Counted from the stretch's first letter, positions 22,284 through 32,159 are shown. The stretch: 64,000 bases of DNA from Candidatus Latescibacterota bacterium (GCA_965248435.1 OZ252100.1:1152001-1216000), one strand, 5' to 3'. The notes: a model not told the origin generated them from the letters alone. A program made the numbers and translations.

Positions 22284-22312
22284 TTGACACAAACATGTGT
22301 TCTGGTTACTCT
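22284..22312 (+). promoter_or_regulatory. tRNA promoter
   Basis: TTGACA, 17 bp spacer, TACTCT. Confidence 0.65.
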
Positions 22313-22326
22313 TGTGGCCGATCGGT

Positions 22327-22402
22327 GGGGCTGTAGCTCAGATGGGAGAGCGCATGAATGGCATTCATGAGGTCAGGGGTTCGATCCCCCTCAGCTCCAC
22401 CA
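22327..22402 (+). tRNA. tRNA-Ala(GGC)
   Basis: GGGGCTG/CAGCTCC acceptor stem with G3:U70, anticodon arm CATGA-ATGGCAT-TCATG, GGTTCGATCC T-loop, encoded CCA. Confidence 0.97.
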
Positions 22403-22537
22403 TTAAAAACAAAGGCTTATCTTTCTAGTGAGATAGGCCTCTCTTCTTTTTATCAGAAAAAGTGACGATCTCGTGACAAAATCCCCGAAATCAAGAAATC
22501 TTATGTGAGGATATGTCAGCTTTGATGCCCATATATA

Positions 22538-23284
22538 ATGTATGGCGAGCGGAGAGGTCTGAAATTCAGAAGTTTGGAGAAGTTAATGGCTTCCTTTAGC
22601 ACATACACAATTTATGCGCGTTTCTTTCCTGCCATCATTTCAGCTCTGCCGCTTGCTGTCTTATGGTTCTTTCTATCAGACCTCAAGGAGTTATCTAATC
22701 TGGTATCGTTCGTGCTGCAGTTTAAATTCCTCGGGGAATTATCCTTCTCCCTTGTCTTCCTTTACTTATATGCACAGATAATTAGAACAACATCAAAGTT
22801 CTTAGAAGAACGATACTTCACAAAAGCGAAAGGATTTCCAACAACATATCTGATGAGCTATGAGAATAGGGTCTTTTCTGAATCCTACAAAGACAAATAC
22901 AGAGAACGAATTGCTTCTTGTTTCAATCTTGAACTACTTGACGCAGATAAAGAAAAAGAGGAACCTGAAGAAGCGAAAAAACGATTAGATGAAGTAGTGA
23001 AGCATGTAATTCTCAAGGTTGGGGATGGGAAGCTTGTAGGAAAGCACAATATCTGGTACGGTTTCTTTAGAAATCTCATAGGTGGTTCTTTTTATTCCAC
23101 GACATTTTGTCTGCTGAACATCGGAGTAGGATATTTCCTGATAAATAATCCAATTCTTGTCATTCCATCAGGCGTAATCCTGATTCTCAATGCAACTATT
23201 CTCTTCTTCCGCAAAAAGATCCTCATTCAAAATGGGGAGGCCTATGCGAAGCAGCTAATTGCAGAGTTTATGTCCCAAGGTTAA
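22538..23284 (+). CDS. Multi-pass membrane protein, putative defence effector (probable start MASFST)
   Basis: Two TM pairs flank a soluble loop; motifs YARFFPA and HNIWYGFFRNL. Confidence 0.7.
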   Translation: MYGERRGLKFRSLEKLMASFSTYTIYARFFPAIISALPLAVLWFFLSDLKELSNLVSFVLQFKFLGELSFSLVFLYLYAQIIRTTSKFLEERYFTKAKGFPTTYLMSYENRVFSESYKDKYRERIASCFNLELLDADKEKEEPEEAKKRLDEVVKHVILKVGDGKLVGKHNIWYGFFRNLIGGSFYSTTFCLLNIGVGYFLINNPILVIPSGVILILNATILFFRKKILIQNGEAYAKQLIAEFMSQG

Positions 23285-24246
23285 ATGCTTATTAACTGCT
23301 TCGCTCTTCTTTGAGCAATCTTCTTTCGAGTAGCCCTTTGAAACGAAAGTATATTTGGCGGAATTGAAATCCTCTGCACGATCGCTTCATCTTCGACCTC
23401 TACGAAGATTGAAGTGTTCTTATCCTTTGTGGATACACTATGTGATTTCTCGTTGTCACCTTCAATCAGAAATCCGTTTGAGAATTCTGATTTGCTGTAG
23501 CTGCTGTCAACATCGTCATCTCCACTTCGTGCAGGAATAACAAAGAGATCCGGTTTGCCCAAGACATCTATAATTTTCTTAGTGAATCCGTTTTTATGGC
23601 CGTGATGTGATGTGATAAAGAAGTTGGTTCCTGAGGCGGCTTCCACAAACCTCTCATCCTCAAGAAGCTTTTCCCATCCACTGACTTGAAGATCCCCAGG
23701 AAAGAGAAACTTGACATCGTTGTGCTCGATGACAGTGACAATGCTGGTATTGTTAACATACTCGTTGTCTTCGGAAGATACTTCTTCAACTTGGCTTTTG
23801 GTTAAGCTTTTATGAAAGAGCTTAAACCCCCAATTTGGCTCCTCTGCATCTTGGCTATATCTTTCTTGCCATTTGAGGTATTTATTTAGATTCTCCAGAC
23901 TTTTCCTTTCCCTTGGGTTCTGAGTGCTTGTAGATGGCTGCGGTTGTATCTTGGTCAGAACGTGTTTGCATCTCTGCACTATTCCTGGTTCTTGCTCCCT
24001 CTTTCTGACCAGCTCTCCGATATCGTTAAGGTGGTCAGCGTGAGGATGGGTCAATACAAATTTCGCAATCTTCCTGGGCCATCGACCATTTTTACGCACG
24101 TAAGGCGTAATGATTCCTATTTGCCGAGTATATTTTACAGGAGAGAAGTCTTCTCTTGCTCCGCAGTCAATCATCAAACCATACCCATTAGGGCTTATGA
24201 TGAATGAGCAGAAACCATGTTGAACATTAAAAACAAGAACCTTCAC
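23281..24246 (-). CDS. MBL-fold metallo-hydrolase (ComEC/Rec2-like)
   Basis: NVQHG, IDCG, THPHADH, FPGD, SHHG. Confidence 0.88.
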   Translation of the reverse strand: MKVLVFNVQHGFCSFIISPNGYGLMIDCGAREDFSPVKYTRQIGIITPYVRKNGRWPRKIAKFVLTHPHADHLNDIGELVRKREQEPGIVQRCKHVLTKIQPQPSTSTQNPRERKSLENLNKYLKWQERYSQDAEEPNWGFKLFHKSLTKSQVEEVSSEDNEYVNNTSIVTVIEHNDVKFLFPGDLQVSGWEKLLEDERFVEAASGTNFFITSHHGHKNGFTKKIIDVLGKPDLFVIPARSGDDDVDSSYSKSEFSNGFLIEGDNEKSHSVSTKDKNTSIFVEVEDEAIVQRISIPPNILSFQRATRKKIAQRRAKQLISI

Positions 24247-24283
24247 GATACCTCCTATGACTCAAATGCCAAGCACCGTTAAC

Positions 24284-24313
24284 GAAAAAACCCCTCTCCT
24301 TGAGGGAGAGGGG
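24284..24313. terminator. Probable intrinsic terminator for minus-strand transcripts
   Basis: AAAAAA-CCCCTCTCC...GGAGAGGGG. Confidence 0.5.
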
Positions 24314-24507
24314 AGCGAGTTATCTCGTTGATTTTACTGATTATGTATGACGATGTCAAGTAAAATACTGAACATTTGGTCATTACTTTATTTGTAACGT
24401 ATTGATTTAATGTATATTAAGTCTAAAAATTGCCAGAATTCTTCCCTATATTCCCCTCTATTAGGGCTCATTTCAGCCCTCCCGTCGAGTGATGGGCATC
24501 CAATGCT

Positions 24508-25686
24508 CTATTCTATATCCTCTATCCCAATGTCCATCAGCTCAGCGAACTTCCGCATATCTAACGCATTGGAATGATCATAGACGTCCATTACCATCCT
24601 GGGACTAGTGTGGCTTAGCAGGGCTGCTATGGCCTGAGCAGGAGCTCCTTTGGAACTTAGATATGATGAGTAAGTGTGACGAAGAGAATGGAGGGTATAC
24701 TTCTCAGGCAACTCAGCTTTGTTGCGATATCTTCTAAAGGCCTGTGTGACAGAATTCGGTCTTAAAGGCCTGGAAGAATCAGTTTCTGACTTGAACACAT
24801 ACTCCCCAGGCTTTATATCCATCCTTTGGAATACCTTGGCAAGCGGCGGAATAATAGGAATGTCAACAATAACAGGATGATCTTTTCTCTTGGTGATTTT
24901 GACCTTCATCGCCATCTGCTCAAGGTCTATGTCTTCGGATTTTAGCCCGAGTATTTCATTCCTCCTTCCGCCAGTATACAAAACGCCTAGAACGTAATTC
25001 TCAAATGTCCTATTTCCTGCCTTTCTAACTTCTTCCAGCAATTTACTTACTTCATCAGCGCTCATATCATTGTCTTGCCTCTTGATCTGGTTTGGCGTAG
25101 GAACTGAAACTAGCAAGAATGGATTATGTAGTAGGTATCCTGACTTCACAGCCCTGTTCAAAGCTGCATTGACTGAATTATGGTAAATCGCCTGAGTTGC
25201 CCTACTCCTTCCTTCCCTATCCAAAGACTCTCGCCATCGCCTTACATCATCTTCCACAAGATCTTCTAAATAAGCGTCCCCAATCTTGCTGATTACGCTC
25301 TTGAAGGCATTCCTAGTCCCAATCTTTGTATTTTCAGAGTGATTGAATTCATAATCCTGTCTGCGCTGATACTCATCCAAGAATTCTGATAGCCTTTTCC
25401 TCCTCCTTGTTGCTTCTGCCCTCTTATGCAGCATATCAATTGAAAGCCTGCCAACTCTTTCAATCTCACCTCTTTTCGCCTGGGAGAATCTCTTTCGGAA
25501 TAATCGCATCCACTCATCTGCCTCGTCCTTGTCGTCAGTCCCAGTGTCAATTCTGTAGCGCCTGTTGTCCACATCAGTGTAATCCAAAGTATATTTCCCA
25601 TCCAGATCCTTTCGTTTTCTAAGGCTTGCCATTTTTGTTGTGCTAATCCTTCTTTGGGTTTTGATGCCCACTTGCCATCCATTCAT
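24508..25686 (-). CDS. Tyrosine integrase of element A (likely start MASLRK)
   Basis: Catalytic set TGGRRNE, HSLRH, LSH, VY; N-terminal arm-binding-like domain. Confidence 0.92.
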   Translation of the reverse strand: MNGWQVGIKTQRRISTTKMASLRKRKDLDGKYTLDYTDVDNRRYRIDTGTDDKDEADEWMRLFRKRFSQAKRGEIERVGRLSIDMLHKRAEATRRRKRLSEFLDEYQRRQDYEFNHSENTKIGTRNAFKSVISKIGDAYLEDLVEDDVRRWRESLDREGRSRATQAIYHNSVNAALNRAVKSGYLLHNPFLLVSVPTPNQIKRQDNDMSADEVSKLLEEVRKAGNRTFENYVLGVLYTGGRRNEILGLKSEDIDLEQMAMKVKITKRKDHPVIVDIPIIPPLAKVFQRMDIKPGEYVFKSETDSSRPLRPNSVTQAFRRYRNKAELPEKYTLHSLRHTYSSYLSSKGAPAQAIAALLSHTSPRMVMDVYDHSNALDMRKFAELMDIGIEDIE

Positions 25687-25858
25687 CTATCAATACGCGT
25701 GAAAATCTTGTAAGGTTTGAGCCAGGCAGTTTTATGTAAGGAATTCTCTTTTTAGAGACATATTGGCGTACAGTGTTCGGAGAGATCTTTATGTATCTCG
25801 CGACACCATCTACATCCATATAGGTCTGGTCCTCATCCATTCCTCCAGAACCTTTCAT
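25643..25858 (-). CDS. Excisionase-like HTH protein
   Basis: YMDVDGVARYIKISPNTVRQYV...IPYIK...RF...IDEW, overlapping the integrase start. Confidence 0.85.
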   Translation of the reverse strand: MKGSGGMDEDQTYMDVDGVARYIKISPNTVRQYVSKKRIPYIKLPGSNLTRFSRVLIDEWMASGHQNPKKD

Positions 25859-26003
25859 AGCCTGTTCCTGATTAAGGTTTGTGCGGGTATTAGTGTAGGA
25901 CCATCTGCAAACTGAAAAGAGAAAACCACACTACTCTAGAAGTGAAGCTGAGCGGTGTGGTTTTTCCTACGACCGTCTAACTTAGTTAGCTAAGGCTTAG
26001 AGA

Positions 26004-26228
26004 TTAGGGCTTTCTCTCATTCCTATCTATAGGTTCCAGCTTTCTGGTCCTATGCTCTTCAATAATCTTTGGAATTCCGCTCTGGAATTTTATGGAAATG
26101 GAGCCCCAAAAGTCTTTGCCAACGTTTTCCTGGAGATACTGAATCACTGGATTGAAGCGGCTAGTCATATTCCCTCCTAGTTTGAGTTCATTGAGTAGCT
26201 TATTCATACGCCACCATTTAAGGATCAA
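26004..26228 (-). CDS. Small YezD/DUF2292-like protein (likely start MTSRF)
   Basis: FWGSISIKFQSGIPKIIEEHRTRK pattern; GGAGG RBS before MTSRF. Confidence 0.5.
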   Translation of the reverse strand: MILKWWRMNKLLNELKLGGNMTSRFNPVIQYLQENVGKDFWGSISIKFQSGIPKIIEEHRTRKLEPIDRNERKP

Positions 26229-28188
26229 ATTTCTTCTTGAAGAATTCTGCTATGGCAAAGAACTTAACTTTAGCTAGACGATCTCCGAGTTGTTTTGCTG
26301 CCTTCTTCTCAACCTTGGTTTTCTCTGCTGGGTCTGGAAAGACAAACCAGGTGAAATCGTGATAAGCTGAAACTTGCTCAAAGCTGAGGTGTGAGATTAC
26401 ATACTCCAGGCAATAAGTTTTCCCATCCAGAACCGCGGTTAAATCCCGCTCAGCTCCTGTAAGGGTATCGTGCCTTTTTGTTTTTGCTCCGCGCTGCTTT
26501 AGCCATCTTTCCATTACTCTAATACCTGCTTCGTGCTCTACTTTCCCTCTACCCATATCTAAATCATAGCCAGCTCCGAAAGCCTCTGCTCGCTTCACGC
26601 CTCTTGGGGTTAGAGCGAGTAGCTTGGGCGAGCCAGGCGCTTTATAGCCGATTTCCGTGATTAGGCCCTTGGCTTTGAGGCCATCCTTGGCTCGGGTGAA
26701 GGTAGGAGCAGAGGAGATTCGTGGTTTACATCTCTCTCGATAAATTCCAACTTGTCGAAAACCTTCCTCAGCAATCTTCGTATGCACATAGGCTTCATTC
26801 TCGGTCAGTTCACCTTCTCTCGATTTTGGTGCTTCTGAAGGAGCTGAGAGTGAGACTTTTTCCTGCATATAGATTACATCTTCATACAGCTCCTCGACGT
26901 TCTCGTTCCTAGCTTCAGCCTCGATGTTGTGGGCAGGTATCTGGATGGGAAACGCCGGTATTGGACCTGTTATCTTGACAATCGCCTGCCCTGTTTCCAA
27001 GGACATCAAGGAGGTGGTATCTGGAGATGAAATTTGCTTTTCGTTGAGAGTCATAACACCCCCAAGAAAATGTCCTTCTGTTCCATCCCCAGGATTAAGC
27101 GCAAACTTCACTCTAGCGTCTGAGCAAACTTCGCTAACTACTTCGCTCGCTCTCTGAGACACTACAACTAAACCTATCTCCGCTTCTCTGATTTGAGATA
27201 CAAGTGTGCTTATGACAGGAGCGGATTCGAGTTTCTTTTCTTTATTCTTGCTGAAAACAGCCGCTTGAGCTTCCTCAACTATGACGAGATTCTGTAGGCT
27301 GTCCAATTTTTTGTTAAAAAGTCGGTATGCAAAAAGCCAGATAAGCAGAATTTCTGTCAGGAAGCTCGCGAACTCCGCAATCATTCCTCGTGTATCTATG
27401 ATAATGTTCTTGTTGAGGAGCTGGGCTTCACAGCCTCGTCTTACTGAGGCATTGGGGAAACCGTGATTCAGGTGTAGAATTCTATTTCGAAGAGTGCTCC
27501 AGTAGCCAAAATCCTTGCTGTATGTTTTAGGGCGGGAGGATTCTATCTGCTGAACCAGCTCCGGCAGCGTGGGGCAAGTCTCAGGCTTTCCATTCCATTT
27601 CTTGTAAAGAGTGCGGAGGTTGTCGAGAAATCCCGTTTTGAAAACCACAAGTCCACCCATACGGTCCGTGAAGCTTTCTGCTATGTAGTTGGCGTAATCT
27701 TCCCAGCTAACTCTAGGCGGAGGGTTAAGTGGGTTGAAGAGAAATTTTCGCCAGTGAATGTGTATGAATTGCCTTCCCCACTTTCCGCCTTTGGGGTCGA
27801 ATCCTGTGACTTTGACATCATCCTGGACTGCTCCTTGGGCTATGATCTTGGCTAAGTGAGTTTTACCCAGTCCGGTGGCTCCGAATATTCCGATGTGCTG
27901 GTTGGCATAGCTTTTCTTGAGATTGAATATCAAGTCCGGTCTGTGAATCAGCGGCGCAATTTCCCAATCTCCTGCAAGCTGCTCCTTTGTAGGGTAGGTG
28001 AAGGGAGAATCCAGAAGGAATTCAAACGGTAAAGATGACTGAAGACTGGTTCTGAGATGAGATGCCAGACCTTCGTCCCAGGAATAGCTCAATGAACGCA
28101 GCACGGCCTGGGTATCGGACCGGTTTACTCTGCCCGCCAGCTTCGCCAAGTTGTAAAGTTCAATCAGAGGGTGGTCTAAGGGGCTCAT
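26218..28188 (-). CDS. HerA/VirB4-like ATPase fused to wHTH and a PD-(D/E)xK-like domain
   Basis: Walker A GATGLGKT, Walker B VIVEEAQ, IRE..IGLVVVSQ; C-terminal LTPRG, EH, RDL...CLEY. Confidence 0.8.
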   Translation of the reverse strand: MSPLDHPLIELYNLAKLAGRVNRSDTQAVLRSLSYSWDEGLASHLRTSLQSSLPFEFLLDSPFTYPTKEQLAGDWEIAPLIHRPDLIFNLKKSYANQHIGIFGATGLGKTHLAKIIAQGAVQDDVKVTGFDPKGGKWGRQFIHIHWRKFLFNPLNPPPRVSWEDYANYIAESFTDRMGGLVVFKTGFLDNLRTLYKKWNGKPETCPTLPELVQQIESSRPKTYSKDFGYWSTLRNRILHLNHGFPNASVRRGCEAQLLNKNIIIDTRGMIAEFASFLTEILLIWLFAYRLFNKKLDSLQNLVIVEEAQAAVFSKNKEKKLESAPVISTLVSQIREAEIGLVVVSQRASEVVSEVCSDARVKFALNPGDGTEGHFLGGVMTLNEKQISSPDTTSLMSLETGQAIVKITGPIPAFPIQIPAHNIEAEARNENVEELYEDVIYMQEKVSLSAPSEAPKSREGELTENEAYVHTKIAEEGFRQVGIYRERCKPRISSAPTFTRAKDGLKAKGLITEIGYKAPGSPKLLALTPRGVKRAEAFGAGYDLDMGRGKVEHEAGIRVMERWLKQRGAKTKRHDTLTGAERDLTAVLDGKTYCLEYVISHLSFEQVSAYHDFTWFVFPDPAEKTKVEKKAAKQLGDRLAKVKFFAIAEFFKKKFDP

Positions 28189-28636
28189 TCTTTGGCAATC
28201 CCACGAGGGCCTTTAGAAGATTCAGAACCGCTGAAACAAGACAAGTAACCACTAACAAAACCCTGGCTCTGCGGCCATGAGATTTGCAGTAGAATTCTTC
28301 ACCTATCTGAATGGAGTTATGCGAGGCAACAGGGGATCTACACTTCAGACAGAATTTGAGATGAGTCTCGCATACGCTTGCACCATACTTATCCACCGCC
28401 ACGAAACTTTCAAGGTCTGTCTTGACGCACCCGCACCCAAGCCAAAAGTGGCCTCTGCTATTCACAGTGACGGGAACATCATCGACAATGGCTGTCTCCT
28501 CAGACTCCGTGAATAATTCAGCGGTAGAGCTGCCCACGCGAACTGGTCGTGAGATGGTTTTTTTCGCACCTATGGGTCGGTCCGTGTCTTGCTGAAGAAT
28601 CCCATTCTTAAGTTCAGCCAAAAGTTCATCATCCAT
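28160..28636 (-). CDS. Cys/His-rich zinc-binding protein with C-terminal hydrophobic helix
   Basis: GCGC, CETH, CLKC, CKSH; overlaps its neighbours. Confidence 0.65.
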   Translation of the reverse strand: MDDELLAELKNGILQQDTDRPIGAKKTISRPVRVGSSTAELFTESEETAIVDDVPVTVNSRGHFWLGCGCVKTDLESFVAVDKYGASVCETHLKFCLKCRSPVASHNSIQIGEEFYCKSHGRRARVLLVVTCLVSAVLNLLKALVGLPKNEPLRPPSD

Positions 28637-29001
28637 TAAAGTGCTCCTCTGAAAAATCTTTCTGCATAGTACCCTATAGCGACGCCAAGAAGGACTCCAA
28701 GAACTCGGTTAATTTGGTCTGGTATATTCTCGGTGGCTCTGACCACGAGTTTTCCCAGGAAGAACAGCGCAACACCAAGGATCGAGATTGTGAGCGCTAT
28801 GACAGTGAGATTGGCCTGCTTAACTGTAAGCGAGCTGAACAGGAACGGAGCCAAGACAGGATAAATTTGCATTGGAAATTGTAGAAAGGCGACGAGGCTT
28901 ATGGCGCCAAAGGCCAGAAAAATCCACCCTCCCAAATGGATGGCCACTCCAATCAGAGCCCCTACACCCATAGACAATGCGGTCCATACTTCAAATCCCA
29001 T
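28636..29001 (-). CDS. Small membrane protein, CvpA-like
   Basis: About 4 TMs; NRVLGVLLG resembles the CvpA DRxLG motif. Confidence 0.6.
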   Translation of the reverse strand: MGFEVWTALSMGVGALIGVAIHLGGWIFLAFGAISLVAFLQFPMQIYPVLAPFLFSSLTVKQANLTVIALTISILGVALFFLGKLVVRATENIPDQINRVLGVLLGVAIGYYAERFFRGAL

Positions 29002-29002
29002 T

Positions 29003-29755
29003 TTAGTCCTTACTTGGTTTGAAGGGAGGCAGTGTTCTCGGAATGCCGGATTGAGTTGTCAGATCGGTCGCCAGTTTTGAACTAATGGGGTCGAGCATTG
29101 AGAACGAAGCAACACTTGACCAGAAGTGGCTCCAAGAGCTCTTCATCTTAGTCCAATTGGTAGCTGCCCAAGGAATGAACAAGAATTTCACTTCAAGATT
29201 CTGGCTAAATGTGATTAGCTCACGAGGTGCCAAAAACGTTGTCCTGCCATCTCCTGTCGTCTGCAAATCCGAATACAGGAATAGAGATTGGTGCTCGTAG
29301 CTTGAGTTCGCCATCAGAACCGATATGAAGGCGAGAAGGGTATGAAGTTGGGTGGTGCCTCCGGCTCTCTGCACTTGGTTCTGTTCAAGCCAGGCAATAC
29401 ACTCGGCTTTAATTTTCTCTGTCTGCTCCCAGATCTGTAGCAGCAGGTGTTGGCTACGCTTCCACTCGGAAAATGATTCATAGTCTTTTTGCCATAGTTC
29501 TGGGTTAGGACTGGGGCAAATCTTATCGACCTTCACCAGGTCCAGACTGAATGAACCCAGATTCAAAATCGTAATCCTGTCACCCGGTGAGAGCTGGGGC
29601 AGCAGCTCCCGCATCATCAGCTCATCACCAAGCTTGAGATAAACAAGTGAGTAGGACTCTGTGAGATCCCGCACAATGACATAGTGCGTTTGAGCTAGTG
29701 CTATGCGAGGCGTCAGCACGGTTAAGACCGCAAGGGTAAAGATTCGGCATTTCAT
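29003..29755 (-). CDS. Secreted vWA-like protein
   Basis: Signal peptide; MIDAS-like DLTES, GTTQL and LYSD. Confidence 0.6.
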   Translation of the reverse strand: MKCRIFTLAVLTVLTPRIALAQTHYVIVRDLTESYSLVYLKLGDELMMRELLPQLSPGDRITILNLGSFSLDLVKVDKICPSPNPELWQKDYESFSEWKRSQHLLLQIWEQTEKIKAECIAWLEQNQVQRAGGTTQLHTLLAFISVLMANSSYEHQSLFLYSDLQTTGDGRTTFLAPRELITFSQNLEVKFLFIPWAATNWTKMKSSWSHFWSSVASFSMLDPISSKLATDLTTQSGIPRTLPPFKPSKD

Positions 29756-30910
29756 CTAATCATCCTTGTGAGAAGGTCTGTTTGAGAACAAGTCCACTAA
29801 GCCTTGGTAACTGCCGTTTGAGAAAGGGTTGGAATTGTCTTTGAATTTCTGTTTTGTCTTCTTTCTCACGAGCTGAATGAGGTCAATGGCGATGCGCTTA
29901 ATCTCCCTGCGTGTGTCGCTCATCCATCTAAGCTGACGCACCACTTTCCGCTGGATTACGCCCAGTCCTTTATTTACGGTTTTGTATTGGTGGGAACGTT
30001 TGATCTTGAGGAGTTTGGCCTCAGCTTGATGGTGTAGTGTCTGGAGGTATTCTCGCTGTTGGCGCTGCGTTTCCACGATTATCCTAGTGTGTTTTAGCTG
30101 GTCCATCTTTTGTTTAATATCCAACTGCACTAAGATTCGCTTCCAGTTCTCGTAGCGGTAAGTTTTAAATCGTCGCGGCAGCTCAGGCAACTTGGCGCAT
30201 ATTGTGATGAACTGGTCTGCTATGTTTTTGAAGAGAAGCGCGATTCTCGCTGATTTGAGAAGCCATACAAGTGCGTAGACCAGATAGAGAGGTGAGAAGA
30301 GAACCAACCAGAGGCGGGCAAGACCGCCACGTCCCAAAAGATGCAGACTCACGTAGCTACAGAAAAACTCTGTTCCAGAAATCATAGCTACCCACATTGC
30401 AGCCGCTATCGCCTGCGTCGAGGCCGTGTCTGATGTGCTGAACGAAAGCTGCTCGTTTGTGGCGTGATAAGTGAGCATAATAATGGTAGAAGTTAGAACG
30501 ATATAGAGGCTACAAGCGATCACTCTGATGTATTGTTTTTCAACAGAATGAAGCGAGAGCGCGAGGAAAAAGCCCAACATCGCGGTTGAGAGGATTATCT
30601 CAGGGCCGAATATTTCAGTAGAGAACAAGTAGGGGATTTGATCTTTAATTAGATTGAAGATGGCTCTGACCGCGCTGATGCTGATGTAAAAGCCGAGCAA
30701 ACCCAGAAGTGCGTTGGCTGGGGATGGTAAGGAGTCCTGCCGAGTCCAGTTGAGGAAAGGCTCTGAGATGTGCTTGAGGCCTCGGAGCAGTGTCTCCAGG
30801 AGGAGTTCCCAGTTCGTGTAGGTGATCTCCACGCAGTTCTTCACATTCCTGGGATAGAAGATGCTGATGAAGACAGCGGCTGTGAAAGTGATGAGTAAGG
30901 CGAAGACCAT
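29756..30910 (-). CDS. Multi-pass membrane protein with C-terminal coiled coil
   Basis: Several hydrophobic segments followed by a basic helical tail. Confidence 0.65.
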   Translation of the reverse strand: MVFALLITFTAAVFISIFYPRNVKNCVEITYTNWELLLETLLRGLKHISEPFLNWTRQDSLPSPANALLGLLGFYISISAVRAIFNLIKDQIPYLFSTEIFGPEIILSTAMLGFFLALSLHSVEKQYIRVIACSLYIVLTSTIIMLTYHATNEQLSFSTSDTASTQAIAAAMWVAMISGTEFFCSYVSLHLLGRGGLARLWLVLFSPLYLVYALVWLLKSARIALLFKNIADQFITICAKLPELPRRFKTYRYENWKRILVQLDIKQKMDQLKHTRIIVETQRQQREYLQTLHHQAEAKLLKIKRSHQYKTVNKGLGVIQRKVVRQLRWMSDTRREIKRIAIDLIQLVRKKTKQKFKDNSNPFSNGSYQGLVDLFSNRPSHKDD

Positions 30911-30928
30911 TTGGTTACTCCTTTCTGT

Positions 30929-31426
30929 CTATTCGGGCAAAAGAGTTAGCTGGATTCCCTGTGACCAACACCAAGCCCCAAAGCCAGCGAAGATTGCTAT
31001 TGAAACAACACAGAGCACAAAGATGTAGTCTTCGGCATTTGGAATATTCAGCACTTCCTGTCTGATTTTGTATCGGATGCTTTCCGAAAGACAGGCGAGA
31101 CCTAACAAAATGGTGATAGTGAGATGGAGTGATGCGGTGATGAGCATAATGAGTGGCGGTCCGATTTGATGAAGGCTCCAGGTGATGTTTCTCCACTCCT
31201 CCAGTATTTCCTCAGCCTCTTTCCCAGGAGCAGAATCTACGGCCTTGAAGAAGAGCATCGCGAAGATGAACAAGGCGCTGCTAATTCCGAAGTTTCTTCC
31301 CAGCCATTTAAGCCAGATCATTTTCCACATCTCCTTCCTTTTAATAATTCCGATACTCTCTATACTCCCAGCCGTCGCTGTCGCACGTGCGGCACTCGTA
31401 ACCTTTGTAGTTCCCAGAGCCGCCAC
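30929..31426 (-). CDS. Small membrane protein (probable start MWKMIW, about 31330)
   Basis: Three hydrophobic segments; AAGGAG upstream of the internal ATG. Confidence 0.5.
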   Translation of the reverse strand: MAALGTTKVTSAARATATAGSIESIGIIKRKEMWKMIWLKWLGRNFGISSALFIFAMLFFKAVDSAPGKEAEEILEEWRNITWSLHQIGPPLIMLITASLHLTITILLGLACLSESIRYKIRQEVLNIPNAEDYIFVLCVVSIAIFAGFGAWCWSQGIQLTLLPE

Positions 31427-31775
31427 ACCGCCTACAGCTTATTCTCATCCGCTTGGGGAAACTGGACCTGATCTCGAACGACTCTCTGCTGTTTGGTCCA
31501 GTGTTTACAAGCATGTTCATTCGATCGATCGTGTCCTGTATGTCTTCGTCCTGCCACCCATTTTTCTTCCCGTCGATTTTCCACTGATCGAGGCGAGTAG
31601 CACCCCTGCCTGGATTGGTTTTCTCGTAACACTCTTCGCACAATTCAGCTTTGCAGTAGGGCTCTGGTTCGCCGTGAACTTCCCAAAACTTCCTGTTATC
31701 AACCCAATCCACGATTGCTCCGCACTGGAGACAATTGTATTGGCGCGACATTTTGATTTCTCCTTCCTGAGCCAA
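31341..31775 (-). CDS. Cys-rich protein with DnaJ-like zinc finger
   Basis: CLQCG, CEEC, CRRCGGSG...CRTCDSDG. Confidence 0.55.
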   Translation of the reverse strand: MAQEGEIKMSRQYNCLQCGAIVDWVDNRKFWEVHGEPEPYCKAELCEECYEKTNPGRGATRLDQWKIDGKKNGWQDEDIQDTIDRMNMLVNTGPNSRESFEIRSSFPKRMRISCRRCGGSGNYKGYECRTCDSDGWEYREYRNY

Positions 31776-31808
31776 CCACCGCGTGGTATATTTTGGGGCC
31801 GGAATGTG

Positions 31809-32159
31809 TCACGCCCTTTCTTGGTTGATGTAGAATCTTCTGTAGTATTCGAGAACCAGCTTATGGCATTTCTCCCCATCGGAGAATCTGGCATCGAAAA
31901 AGTCTCGAAGTCTGCATCGAAGGGAATCTATCTCCTCCGCTTCCGGCTCGGACTCTGCATCGAGGTATAAGCTGGTGAAGTGAATCAGAACAGCGGTGCG
32001 AAACATCCAGCCGAGTTCCTTTTCTGCCATTGCTCCAAAGATGTGACCGATCATTTGTGCTTCATCGCCTTCAAACTCAGCTACGCCATCCAGCGCATCC
32101 TTCTCTAGGAGAAGCAGGAAGGTTTTCCCGTCTGGTATCTTGATAGTCTTCATTTCCAA
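31809..32159 (-). CDS. Hypothetical protein
   Basis: ORF with GGAGG RBS, co-oriented with the cluster. Confidence 0.5.
   Translation of the reverse strand: MEMKTIKIPDGKTFLLLLEKDALDGVAEFEGDEAQMIGHIFGAMAEKELGWMFRTAVLIHFTSLYLDAESEPEAEEIDSLRCRLRDFFDARFSDGEKCHKLVLEYYRRFYINQERA

Noticed and set aside
31182-31970. Plus-strand 262-aa ORF
   Set aside because: Antisense to a co-oriented minus-strand cluster that has RBSs.
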